A stretch of DNA of 60,000 nt from Mobula hypostoma (taxonomy: Eukaryota). Within the stretch, counting starts at the first letter, position 1. Each line of letters opens with the position of its first letter. Positions 1 to 11,991 of this stretch are shown piece after piece. Made by a program: the position numbers and the translations under genes. The stretch covers positions 191,644,001-191,704,000 of the forward strand of contig NC_086097.1 in NCBI RefSeq assembly GCF_963921235.1, written 5' to 3'. The notes beneath the pieces were generated by a model that was not told the origin of the DNA, searched no databases, and saw only the letters and a program-made list of their open reading frames with translations.

Positions 1-385
1 AATTCCTCCTCTTCTCCATTCTAAATGGATGTCCCTCTATTCTGAGACTGTATCCTCTGGTCCTAGACTCCCCCACTATAGGAAACATCCTCCCAACATC
101 TACTCTATCTTGGTCTTTCAACATTTGAAAGGTTTCAATGAGACCCCCCCCCCACACCCCACATTCTAATTTCCAGCGAGTACTGGCTCAAGCCATCAAA
201 TGCTCCTCATTTCATTCGCTAAATCATTCACATGAATCTCCTCTGAACCCTCTCCAATGTTGGTACATCCTTTCTTAGATAAGGTGCCCTAAACTACTAG
301 CAATGTTCCAAGTGAGGCCTCACCAGTGCCTTAAAGCCTAAGCATTGCATTCTTGCTTTCGTATTCTAGTCCTCTCGAAATAAGT
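1..385 (-). mobile_element. Degenerate CR1/HER1 LINE 3' ORF2 fragment
   Basis: The reverse complement reads as CR1 RT C-terminus (ctagaatacgaaagcaagaatgcaatgcttaggctttaaggcactggtgaggcctcacttggaacattg), similar to other CR1 copies in the window. Confidence 0.7.
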
Positions 386-2664
386 GTTAACATGATTTTT
401 ACAAAGCTTTCTCACAGATCCATGACTAAAAGGCTGATCCAGGAGATGAGCTTCATATTGCAGATGATTTTTATATTTTCTTCCAAAGCTTTGGACTTCA
501 ACAGCAGAAGGCCCAAATGTGAATGGTGGCTTTTATGTGTGTGTGTGTTTTTTTACAAAGATACAGTTGAGGAGGGTCTAGACAATTCAAGTCATTAGTT
601 TTCAAAATAAGTAGACTTTAAGACTTGCACTTACTGAAAATATAAATTTAGGGAGAACAGAATTGAGTGTACTGAACTGTTTGCAGTGGAATTTTAACTA
701 ATCTCAGGCGTGAGTGAATGATGGAAGGTTAGCATGGATCATATTGGAATAGTCAAGTTGATGGAATGCAATATTATTTGTACAGTGAATGTAAAGAAAG
801 ACGTGCATGTGTATATTATAAATAGTGCATCTTTGAACCAAAGCTTGGATAAGAATTCGGTGAGCAAGTGGATAATCTTGCAGCATGAATTTGTCTTGAG
901 CAAAATTCTGAGCTACTTACTTCAGAAAGGAAAATAATAACTTCGAAGAATTTGTAATTCTTGATTGTATTATGCAGGTGGAGATTCCTTTTTGTCAATC
1001 ACTGAGATAGAGCTGGGTGTTGGTCAGTAGTTTTGCAACAACTGAAATGATACCTAAATAACCAGCCAAAGACAAGTAGATATAAAAAGTGTCAAAGATC
1101 TCCTGGGGGCATTTGAGGAAATGGAAAGAAAAGCCATTGTAGCTGATTCTGAATGCTGCTTCACAGAATAATAGAAATGGGAAACTAATTTCACACACAT
1201 TGAAAATCTACAAAGGAAGAGGGTAGTTTGACTTTAAAAGCTGCGCGGGGATTCAGAGTTTCCCACTAGTGCAGATGAATTAATGCCACCATGGACCTCG
1301 CATTCAAATGGAGTTGGTTACCTGAATTTTTGATTTTGGTGGCAGGGTTGAAGGATTCTGACTATCAAATAGACATTTGGAAGTTTTTCCAGAGGAAAGA
1401 AATGTTCAAAAAGTTTTGATTCTGGTCAAGAGGGTGCCTGTGTACAACAGCAGGATAGACCATGAAACCATATTTCACCTTTGTCTTCTATGTTTTTCAT
1501 CTTGAATTTGATTGTGGAATTGTTGGAACCTGCGATTTGCAGTTTGGAGATCATTTGGGTGTTTTCAGCACCCTGCAGTCTCCGAGAGGATTCCCAGAGG
1601 TGGGGGGGGGGGTGTGGTGTTCGACTCAATTTTGCTGATTGAAACTTCCATTGTTCGATTAAAGTGATGAGGGAGATTGGAACATCGAGGCAAATGTAGA
1701 AGGTGAGTGCCAGCTGCCTGCCTTTTGATCGCTGGTGCCAGAGAGGGAGGACCTTGCTGCTATGCCCCGAGAATGTTACCCAGGTTTTCTGCATTTTGGA
1801 TATGGGCTTGGACTATAGACCTTTTTCATGTTTATAGTTATTTTTTTTGTTGGATGTTTCTTGTTTTGTATTGTGGAGATGGGTGGCATTTGGGGGGTGA
1901 TGAATGTGCTGCCTTTTTTTTTGTTTCATGGCTATCTTGAGGAAGAATTTCAGAGTTGTATACTTTGATAATTAACCTTTGAACAAATGGAGTTGTGGAG
2001 CTTGGTTTACTTTCAAGCTCAGTGTCAGATAGAAGCAGGATTATTTCCCTGTTGGGGGGGGGGACAGCAGATATGAAGAATGAGAATAGAATATTTGAGA
2101 AGGAGAGCTGCTGGTATACTGGAGACAAAGAGTGCAAGGTTTGAATAGGGCAGAGATCTTTTACAGCTGGCAGCCATTAGGTGTCATCTATTTTGTAAAT
2201 ATGTTTATTGAAAATGTATGAAGCATGCTATTCAGCCAAATGTCTGCCAGTTGCAAAAGAGGTCTTAACCCTGTTTAACCTTCAACATTTTGTCAAGGCT
2301 CTTAGTTATGCAATGTTCAATGTTACTCAAGGCTTCCAAACGCCAACGGACATAGTTTACGCCTGCCAAGAATGTCTCAGCAAAAATATCCTCTTAAGGA
2401 TTGGGCAGTTCACATTGAGGAACACCTGTATTGCATGTTGCCTGGATTAGGCCAGGAGTACACCAGTAAGTAGGTCCCTCCAAGAGGCTGAACTTGAATA
2501 ACCCTTTCAGATACTTCAGTTGTAACCTCGTGCATTTCATTTGTGCATTTGTCTACTTAACTAGGCCACAGAAGCAGCTGGAAACCTGTTAGTCTGGTGG
2601 ACATTGCAGAGACTGGAGTGCTTCCTGGATGCAGTTCCCATGTGTTTATAGTTAAAACAAAAAA

Positions 2665-2860
2665 AGAACACGCACATTGCTGGAGGAATTGAGTGGATTG
2701 GCAACATTGATGAAGGGAAATGGACGATAAATCTCTCAGGTTGAGACGCTTCATCAGGACTCGAACATCAACTAACATTTCTGTTCGTGGATGTTGCCTG
2801 ACCCAGCATTTTGTATGTCACTACAGAGTTCCAGCATTTGCAGTCGGTCTTGTGTCTCTA
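2665..2860 (-). mobile_element. Penelope-like element terminal fragment
   Basis: Contains tgctggaggaattgag...cttcatcaggact...gcctgacc...ccagcattttg, the same terminal repeat seen at 13660 and 57560. Confidence 0.55.
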
Positions 2861-2954
2861 CAAGGAATTACAGTATGGGTGTTCAATTACACATCTAAAA
2901 ATGGTTTAAATGTGAGGAGTTTCTACCTCAACTTCCTGTTTCCAACTCCTCTAT

Positions 2955-3285
2955 CAATTGCTTTAGGTTTGTATAAAATCATTTACAGTGTAGACAAGGT
3001 GCATGGTCAACTTCCCAGGGTAGTGAAGTCTAAAACTAGAGGACGTAGATTCGAGGTGAGAAAGGAAAGACCCAAGGATACACATTTTTTATGCAGAGAA
3101 TGGTGAGTTAATCGACTGAGCTGCCAGGGGAAACTATTGAGGCAGATGCTGATACATTTTTAGCAGGCACTTGGACTGGTAATTGGATTAAGAAAACAGT
3201 TTGCAGTGATATAGCCCAAACACAGGCAAATACCTTGATGGACAAGGGCTGAAGGACCTGTTTCCATACTATGTCGTTCTGATGC
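2955..3285 (+). mobile_element. CR1 LINE 3' end fragment
   Basis: Encodes a VYKII...KTRGRRF-like ORF2 end and the gggctgaaggacctgtttcc...tatg tail typical of the CR1 copies here. Confidence 0.65.
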
Positions 3286-3959
3286 TGAGAGCTGTTAACG
3301 AGTAGACGGATTCAGAATTGGTGAGGAGAAGAGAAAGGGGGGTAAGAGTCCAGGATCATTGGCAAGATAAACTTCAAGGGTGCTGGAGATTTGGGCTTGC
3401 GTTAGGAAGTGACCTTTTCTGCCAAACAGCCATTGATTTAACTGAACTTTTATTCAGAGACATGAGACTGCGAATGGCAGAGCGAAAAATAAACTTCTGG
3501 AAGAACTCTGCATTTAAGCAGAATCTGTGGAGGTAAATGAATGGTTGACAGATCTGGTTGAGATCCTGCACAAGACTTTTAGTCATTTGTCTTGATGTCA
3601 TTTTTTTTTTAATGCTCTGTAAAGTGCCTGAGGAAGTCTTGCTATATAACTCAAGTTGACTTGATGGTCTATTTGGAATTATTTTGAAGGGGATTTTCCC
3701 CCAGCAATTTAAGTGCAGATCATGGATCTCGGGGAGGTTGTTTGCCCTTCCCTCTCCTGTCCAATAAGAGATTGCACTTATTTTTAGCAAATTCCCAAAG
3801 CTAGTTTGCTGGCCTTCCCCTCAGAGTACTTGGAGGTGCAAAGTCAACTGACCATTCCTCCAAATTAGTCCGCCTGTTAAACCAGTTTAAACAATATTAC
3901 TGATGTGCAGAACTGATTAGGGGACTGCTTCATTGAGCGCCTTCACTCCATTCACTGTG

Positions 3960-5410
3960 GCAGCCGGAGTATCCCCATTACTAGCCTTGTTACTTCTACC
4001 TCCCATTCCCATACAGATGTCTATCCATGGCTGCTTCCACTGCCAGGTCGAGGTTAAAAGTAAATTAGAAGAACAGCACCTCGTATCCACCTGGTGTAGT
4101 CTCCAGAGTAGTAAATTCTGTAACTCCAAATAGCCACTTCCCTGTCCCTTTTCCTCCTTTATTCCCTTCAGTCCCACAGGGGACTGTCTTGTCTCCCTTT
4201 CTCTTCACCATTTACACCTTGGACTTCAACTACTGCACAGAGTCTTGTCATCTTCAGAAGTTTTCAGATGACTCTGCCATAGTTGGATGCATCAGCAAGG
4301 GAGATGAGGTTGAGTACAGGGCTACGGTAGGAAACTTTGTCACATGGTGTGAGCAGAATTATCTGCAGCTTAATGTGAAAAAGACTAAGGAGCTGGTGGT
4401 AGACCTGAGGAGAGCTAAGGTACCGGTGACCCCTGTTTCCATCCAGGGGGTCGGTGTGGACATGGTGGAGGATTACAAATACCTGGGGATACGAATTGAC
4501 AATAAACTGGACTGGTCAAAGAACACTGAGGCTGTCTACAAGAAGAGTCAGAGCCGTCTCTACTTCCTGAGGAGACTGAGGTCCTTTAACATCTGCCGGA
4601 CGATGCTGAGGATGTTCTACGAGTCTGTGGTGGCCAGTGCTATCATGTTTGCTGTTGTGTGCTGGGGCAGCAGGCTGAGGGTAGCAGACACCAACAGAAT
4701 CAACAAACTCATTCGTAAGGCCAATGATGTTGTGGGGATGGAACTGGACTCTCTGACGGTGGTGTCTGAAAAGAGGATCCTGTCTAAGTTGCATACCATT
4801 TTGGTCAATGTCTCCCATCCACTACATAATGTACTGGGTGGGTACATTCAGCCAGAGACTCATTCCACCGAGATGCAGCACAGAGCGTCACAGGAAGTCA
4901 TTCCTGCCTGTGGCCATCAAACTTTACAACTCTTCCCTTGGAGGGTCAGACATCCCGAGCCAATAGGCTGGTCCTGGACTTATTTCATAATTTACATATT
5001 ACTATTTAACTATTTATGGTTCTATTACTATTTATTATTTATGGTGCAACTGTAATGAAAACCAATTTCCCCCTGGGATCAATAAAGTATGACTGACTAT
5101 CCTCTTCTCCCTCTTCCTGCTTCAAGCACCCCCCCCCCAATGTCCTATGCTTCCAGACTCCCTTCCCTATGTCCTTCTCTTTATCTTGTGCTCCACTGTT
5201 CTCTCCTCTCAGATTACATCCTAAGCCCTTTGTCACTCCTCTACTACCTCCCTTCTGTCTTCTGCTCTTCTGCCCTTCTCTCTCCCTCATGTCATTCCCC
5301 CTCCCCCCCCATGTGGATCCACTTATCACCTGTTGCCTCTCGTTCCCCTATCCCCTCCACCTTTTCCTACTGACTATTTCCCCTCTATTACCTGTCGTAG
5401 GGTCTTGACT
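3960..5410 (+). mobile_element. Penelope-like element 3' fragment (GIY-YIG end and pyrimidine-rich tail), interrupted by a LINE at about 4173-5100
   Basis: ORF 3933-4133 contains MSIHGCFHCQVEVKSKLEEQHLVS...SLQ, like the Penelope endonuclease C-terminus. The CT-rich tail continues on both sides of the LINE. Confidence 0.6.
4173..5100 (+). mobile_element. Rex1/Babar-type non-LTR retrotransposon, 5'-truncated RT fragment
   Basis: PQGTVLSPFLFTIYT...KFSDDSAIVG...LNVKKTKELVVD...YKYLG...RLYFLRRLRSF. Tail caataaagtatgactgactat. An 8-nt deletion near 4842 relative to the copy at 28.7-29.35 kb shifts the frame. Confidence 0.88.
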
Positions 5411-6004
5411 TAAAATATTTGATCTGAGTATATCCTGGAAATGAGGACAGGTGAGGCAGAAAGAGAATTGTGCAATTAAAATTGTAGTGGATTTTTTTTC
5501 ATGTCCCTGAGGTGGTCCCTTGTTACCTTGAATTGCACCCCTTTATATTTGCTTTTTGATTTGTGTGCTAGATTAATGCTTGAAGACTTTGTTAAAAATA
5601 ACAGTGCAGGTGCTACAAGTATTTGGTCAGATAGCATCTGTGGATAGAGGAATGGGTTTGTGTGTAAAGTTGGCATGCAGCAGATGTTGCCTGATCTGAG
5701 TATATCAAGCATGCTGTTTTTGACTAAAGTACAGGCTGTTTTCAGCCATATCTATTTGTGAATTGTAATAATCGTTGACCTTATGACATGACTATAAACA
5801 ATGCATCCCTTTTAACTTTTTTCCTGGTGAATGATCTGTCCCAATTTATGTTGGGATAGGCAATAGTTAAAAGCAATATAATATTTTACTGCTTACTACA
5901 TCAGTTCAGTGCTCTTTATTTAAACATTAAACTAGATTTCATTTGTAAAGGACTTTCACCTGATAATTTAAGGTTTTTGCAGCCATCTGTATGTGTAGAG
6001 TATG

Positions 6005-6290
6005 TGGGTGGCTCAGTAATGTAGCTAGTAGAGCCACTGCCTAGCTGGGTTCAAACCTCATCTTGTGCTGTCTTTGTGGAGTTTTAACTGATTGCACAAG
6101 TTTTCCCTGCGTCCTAAAGCATGTATCGGTTCGTAGGTAATTGGTGACTATAAATTGCCCTAGCATGCAGATTAGTGATGGAATTGAGGGTGTCTGTAGT
6201 TAAGCAATTGGAATTAAGGTTGAGATTCGTGTAGGTGTATAGAAAATGTGGACTGAAGGTGCTGTTTCTCGTTAAGATCAATGACTATAA
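6005..6290 (+). mobile_element. tRNA-derived V-SINE (HE1-like), degenerate
   Basis: A-box/B-box-like head (ggctcagtaatgtag...gggttcaaacct), central tgtggagttt...taggtaattgg...taaattgccc domain and a CR1-like tail. Confidence 0.65.
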
Positions 6291-6720
6291 TGTGCATGCT
6301 AATTTTATTCCGTTGTGGCATTTATAAACATGAATAGTGTTTGAAAGTGAAAATGCTTGACCCCAGACTACCTTCTACATATTGAACATCTCAGACTGTA
6401 ATCTCCCAGATCATTGATCTTTGGGTTTAAAAGTCCTTGTGTTTCATTATTAGTTGTAGAAGACCCATTGTTGCTTTTATCAAAAAGTGGCAAAATATTA
6501 CTTGTAAAAATTCTGTATGTTTTGACATTTAATATTTTTGTAGTGCTTTGAGTTAAAAAGCTAAAGAAATTTGATATGTCATGTACAAAACTGTCAAAGT
6601 TGATTTTTTTTTCAGTATGACAATTATATAAATTTATAGAAGTTTTTATAAGTTGGTCTTTGTGTAATGGACATTATGCTTAAATTACATTTATGATTTT
6701 TTCCCTTTTTTTTAATACAG

Positions 6721-6795
6721 TTCAGAGGCCACTTTGATTTGCCTTCCGATGCCTGGTAGAGAGATACTGGTTGCAGAATACTGCTCGATAAAAGG
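6721..6795 (+). other. SNX16: SNX16 5' UTR portion of the first coding exon
   Basis: A polypyrimidine tract and acceptor (ttcccttttttttaatacag) end at 6720, 75 nt before the SNX16 ATG. This implies an upstream non-coding exon that I could not locate. Confidence 0.8.
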
Positions 6796-6799
6796 ATGA
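6749..6799 (+). promoter_or_regulatory. Upstream ORF (MPGREILVAEYCSIKG*) whose stop overlaps the SNX16 start (ATGA)
   Basis: ATG at 6749 followed by 16 sense codons; TGA at 6797-6799 overlaps the main ATG at 6796-6798. Confidence 0.6.
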
Positions 6800-7176
6800 C
6801 AACATCATTCGTACCTGTACCCTTGCCTCTGGGGAATCCCTCTGGCGGAACACCTGCAAATCGAAGTCGGAGGAGTTCTTCCCTTCAGTCTTTGGACAGT
6901 GTATCCACCAGTTCAAACTCATCAAAAGGTCAAGGGGACAGTTTACATTCTGGTGGATTTAGAAAGACTGTCACTTCCGAGCACTTGGCTTCTACAAGCT
7001 TGATAAATAACAGTCCTTCATTAAGAACTAGACTCAATGGGTCAAACCCAACAATTGAATATTTATCGAGACCTGCGGATTCTGAGAGAGTGACTGATTC
7101 AGCAAATTGGGAAGAGAGACCTCCCACACCTACTATGTTAGGATATGAGGTTATGGAAGAAAGAGCAAAGTTTACG
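6796..7176 (+). CDS. SNX16: Sorting nexin 16, coding exon 1 (N-terminal Ser-rich region and start of PX domain)
   Basis: Translates MTTSFVPVPLPLGN...SVSTSSNSSKGQ...[24 protein letters not shown], matching the vertebrate SNX16 N-terminus as I recall it (MATPYVPVPMPIGN...[23 protein letters not shown]). Donor ACG|gtaaga, phase 0. Confidence 0.96.
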
Positions 7177-7194
7177 GTAAGATTCTGAAAAACA

Positions 7195-8560
7195 TAAGGA
7201 TGTGCAAATTCCTGGGCCAAGACAGGATACACCCCAGGTGACTGAAAGAAGTAAAGGAAGTGATTGGAGGGGAGTTGACTACCTGTGTCCTTCCTGACTA
7301 CAGGAGTAGTGCCACAGTGTTGTTGAAGAAAGATAATTGGATAATTCTGGGTATTATAGACCGATATGGCTTACATCAGTGGTGGGCAAACTGAAGCAGA
7401 GGACTCTCAAAGACAGAATTTACAAGCATTTGGAGAAGTATATTCTTATTAGGAATAGTCAGCATGGCTTTGCAGGGATTTTTAGCAATGTGGGGTCCAA
7501 ATCCATAGATCCTTCAAAGTTGCCACTTGAGTCAATAGGTCATTAAGAAGGCGGTTGATGTGCTAGTCTTCATTAGTTGGGACATCGATTTTTTTTTTAA
7601 AGAGCTGCGGGCTTATGTTGCTGCTGTTAAAACTTTGGTTCGACTTGGAGTATTGTGTTCTGGTTGCCTTGTTATAGGAAGGATGCTGAATTTTTAGAGA
7701 AGGTGCAGAGGAGACTTACCAAGATGCTGCCTGGATTCATGAGCATGTATTATGAGGAATAAGCTAGGGGTTTTCTCTTTGGGGTGAAGGATGTTGAGAG
7801 GCAGCTTGATAGAGGTGCATAAAGTTGAGATTCACAGAATAAATAACCAGGGCCTTTTTCCCCAGGGTGGGATAACCAATACCAGTGGACGTCAGTATAT
7901 GGTTAGTGCAGTAAAGTTTAGGGACGATGTCTTTTGTACTGCATACTAGGTACCTGGACACCACAACTGGGCATGTGGTAGAGGGTAATACAGTAGAAAC
8001 ATTTATTGTAAGAAACTCTTAAGATGGGTACATGGATGCAAGATAAATGGAGGGTTATGGACTGTGTAGAAGGGAAGGGTTAGATTGATAGTGGAGTAGC
8101 TTTATATAGGTCGGCATAATATCGTGTGTGGAAAGGCCTTTGTTCTATGTTCTGTGATGCATTTGACCATGTGGATGCTTATGGATAAGGAAGATTGTCT
8201 GAGGCTGCAGCTAGCTAAAAACTCAAATAGATCAACGAGTGGAGAATCTGCAGATGAAATTTAATCTGACAGCTGTAAGATGATGCATTTGGGGAAGTTG
8301 TAAGGGGAGAACATTACAGCACCAAAGGTAGGGTCCTAGATGAACAGGGGGGACCTTGGGTTCAAATCCATATTTCCCTACAAGTGGCCACATGGTTGTG
8401 AAGGCATATGGCAAGCATGACTTCACAGGTCAAGGCATAGAATATAAAAGCTGAGGTGTTGAGTTTACACATCATTGGTTAGGTAGCGTTGGACCTCTGA
8501 AGGGAGTTAAAGGAATGATTTTACTGTGGTTGATATTTGGAGCTCTTTGCTGGGAGTGGT
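7195..8560 (+). mobile_element. Degenerate CR1 LINE fragments (two adjacent copies)
   Basis: Contains YRPIWLTSVVGK...RNSQHGF, LEYC..W and LEKVQRR..KMLPG remnants, with a CR1 3' tail near 8150. Confidence 0.75.
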
Positions 8561-8573
8561 AGAATTGAATATA

Positions 8574-9367
8574 CGATGGATTCCAGTTAATTTAGGCAGC
8601 TGTTTATTTGACCCAGCTCTTAAAGAACAAACTAAATCAAGAAAATAACCGGGATTCTCTGGTTATTTCGGACATTTAGCTGCTTAATTGAGGCAGGAAA
8701 ATGTTGCCGAACAGTTTCTAACTACAGTTAGTTGCGTGCATTTGTGCAGCCATTAAACACAGTACATCATGCTAAGAGCGATCAGTTTTCATATACCATC
8801 AGTTGTGTGTTTCTGTTCAAAAAGCAATGATTTTTTTTTCCCTACACTGATAGTTGGCGAGGAATAAGCAATAAGACATTTGGAACTGTTTTGCACACCG
8901 TGGTTTCAAGCATGCAGGCTTGGAGATGCTAGAAACAGCTGCGAGTGAAAATGAAATGATTTCACTTGTTCAAGTTAAGAATTACAAAGGTATTGACAAT
9001 TATCTTGAATGTTACAGTGAAAATGAATATTAGGAGGATGCATTTATTTATATCATTGTATCAAGCCAGTCCATTATCTGCACTAGGAGTCTGCACTGAT
9101 TTTGTTCATTTACAGTTAATCAAGTGATCATGACCAAATTCCTCAGTCAATATCTATTAGGAACAAATACTTTCACAGTACTGTGGAGGTATTAGTAGTG
9201 TTCTAATTTGTTCTGTATTTCATTTAAATGCATAACTTGTTACTCAGTTAAATGGTAGCTAGTATTTTTATACCATTTTAAATAGAAACTTCAGCTAATT
9301 AGGACAACAATTTAATTGGGCCAAAATGTACTGATCCTTGTGTGTCCTAATTAACCAGAATCCACTG
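8574..9367. mobile_element. Non-autonomous Tigger/pogo-like DNA transposon (TIR CAGTGGATTCTGGTTAATT)
   Basis: ta|cgatggattccagttaatt ... aattaaccagaatccactg|ta: imperfect terminal inverted repeats (TIRs) with TA flanks. Related copies lie at about 26095-28250 and 47503-48160. Confidence 0.7.
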
Positions 9368-10167
9368 TAATTATTGTTTATTTGACATTAACACTGGTAT
9401 TTAAATAGGCAGGTCAAAGAAAGATATAACCTCATGAGCACAAATTGGATATGTCAGTATCTGCATATTCCAAAGGGTGAGGGGGTGGGAATATGTTAAT
9501 TATACATTTCTGAATTGGGTGCTTAAGATGAAAATGCTTACTGTAATGTTTAAGCTTTCATATCCTGGTTTGGGTGCTTATATAATATGTTATACCACCC
9601 ACTTGTTTACAAAACCTGCTTGTTTTGTTTTTAATTGGTTGGCTCACAATTATTACCGTAGCTCTGGTTTCCTACTGACTTGGCTCAAAATGTACTGCAG
9701 GTCCCTATGGCTCTCCACCTATTTTGATCGCTGGGGAGGTGTAAGGAAGATGGATTTAAAAAAACAATAGTGCATCTGATAGCAGCTGGAAACTTGTTCT
9801 GTAGACATTTAGCACAACTGTGCCTTTTTCTTGAATTTGTTATTTTTGCTCTTGGTTTGATTTGGAAACCTGGCAAGAAGACAGCAGTGCTTTGAAGAGA
9901 ATTTTTGCGTGTGGTGGAGTTTTGGATGTCTACAGGCTTTAAGATGTGGGCTGTTTGGGTTTCAGTAATCTTTGTACAGCGGTGCTAGGAAGTTTGTGAA
10001 GCCTTTAGAATTTCCTGTTTCTGCATAAATGACCTAAAATGTGATCAGATCTTCACACAAGCCCTAAAACTAATAAAGCAAACCCAATTAAAAATAACTT
10101 GAATCATACTTTTTATTTATTGAGAAAAATGATCCTATATTACATGTATTTGTTAAATGTAGAAGTA

Positions 10168-11642
10168 CAAACGTTCGCTTTACGAAACCTCATTGTTACG
10201 AAAGGCCTACATTAGTACCCTGTTTTGGCTTTCAGAAGGTGTTTTCAGTGTTACGAAAAAAATCGCGCGAAAAAGCAACGCGCGATAAAAGGCAGCGCGC
10301 GCCCCGAGCAGCCGCTCTCCCCCGGATTCGGAACTGCATTCTCGCCGGCATTGCTTAAACACGTGCCTGTGAGCAGCCGTTAGTAAGATGAGTTCTAAGG
10401 TATCGGGAAAGTCTAAAAGAGCTCGTAAGGGTGTTACACTTAGCATAAAACTAGACATAATTGTGCGTTTTGATCGTGGTGAACGAAGTAAGGACTAAGT
10501 GAGTTTGGCTTGTGGAAGCTGACGAAGATGATGTTGCAGAAGTTTTGGCATCCCATGACCAAGAACTGATAGATGAAGGGCTGATGCAGTTGGAAGAAGA
10601 AAGGATAACAATCGAAACCGAATGCAGTAGCGAACGGACCGAAAGTGACTGCGTGAGATTTTCGCTGCAATGATAACGTAGGACTATAATTTTGAAAGGG
10701 TACATAGGTTTAGGGGATATTTGCAGGATGATTTGAGTCCTTATAAAGAACTGTATTATAGAAAAATGCGCGAGGCTCAGCAGTCAAGCAAGCCTTCCGC
10801 ATTAGCCACAGCAGACAACGAACCTCGACCTTCAACATCGAGGCAGGCAGTCATAGAAGATGAGCTGCCTGCTCTAATGGAAACAGACGATGAGATGACA
10901 CCCCAGTGTCCCACCACCCCGCGATTCGAGGAGAATGTAGCGGTAGCCAGGAGGCACACAGCACATCTTTAAGAAAAAAGCCGAAATAAACATGCTAATT
11001 AATTAGGTGCTGCCCGACACGTAATTAATTAGCATGTTTATTTCGGCTTTTTTCTTAAAGATGTGCTGTGTGCCTCCTGGCTACCGCTGGACCCCTGCAG
11101 GCTTTGCGGTTCGGTGTCTGTCGGTGGCCCGGAGGGTGGGAGCCACTGCACCACCCAACCTGCAACGACTCAGTCTAACACACCATCATCGGTGTGCTCG
11201 GTGCTGAACCAATTCCGGTAAGTGATACTACACTGTACATACATTATTTCTACTTTATGTAGGTTGTATATTTTTACGTGTTATTTGGTATGATTTGGCA
11301 GCTTCATAGTTTAAATGTTACTGGAGGGCGCTTGCGCCGTGTTTTTGCCAACAGCGCCTGCGTGAGATTTTCGCTACGGAGAATAGTTCAGTAATGATTG
11401 TGGAAAAGTACTTCTACTTTATATAGGCTGTATATTTATCATATCATTCCTGCTTTTACTATGTGTTACTGTTATTTTAGGTTTTATGTATTATTTGGCA
11501 TGATTTGGTAGGTTATTTTTGGGTCTGCGAACGCTCACAAATTTTTCCCATTTAAATGGTAATTGCTTCTTTGCTTTACAACATTTTGGCTTACGAACCG
11601 TTTCATAGGAACGCTCTACCTTCAGATGGCGGGGGAAACCTG
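10168..11642 (+). mobile_element. Non-autonomous Tigger1/TIGD1-like element, copy C (inserted in Tc1)
   Basis: TA flanks on both sides; right end ...ggcgggggaaacctg|ta, left TIR partly deleted. Transposase remnants MSSKVSGKSKRARKGVTLSIKLDI and EVLASHDQELIDE. Internal hairpin. Confidence 0.85.
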
Positions 11643-11991
11643 TATGTGAACCTTTGCTTTCATTAACTAGTGTGACCCCTCCCCCCCCAACCATACAGCA
11701 ATAACTTCAACCATATGTTTCCAAAAACTGATCAGTCCTGCAGATGGGCTTGGAGGAATTTTAGGCCGCTCCTCCTTACAAAACTGTTTCAACTCTGGGA
11801 TGTTGGACTGCTTGCTTCAGGTCATTCCACAACATTTCTCTAAGATTAAGGTCAGGACTTTGACTCGGCCATTTCAAAACGCAGTTTCTTCTTTTTAAAA
11901 CATTCTGATTTACTTATCTTTCAGATTATTGTCTGGTTGCATTATCCAACTGCTATTAAGTTTTAGGTGATGGACTGCTACCTTGATATTG

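Noticed and set aside
353..3790. Short ORFs upstream of SNX16 as a separate gene or as exon 1
   Set aside because: They show no recognisable protein similarity, no convincing splice-site pairs and no CpG island, and they are interspersed with repeat fragments.
4189..5055. Longest ORF in the window (288 aa) as a host gene
   Set aside because: It is a 5'-truncated LINE reverse transcriptase fragment with a frameshifted end, and a near-identical copy occurs at 28.7-29.35 kb.
10939..11088. CRISPR-like array or prokaryotic terminator
   Set aside because: The context is eukaryotic intron, and this is a single inverted repeat with no repeat-spacer periodicity.
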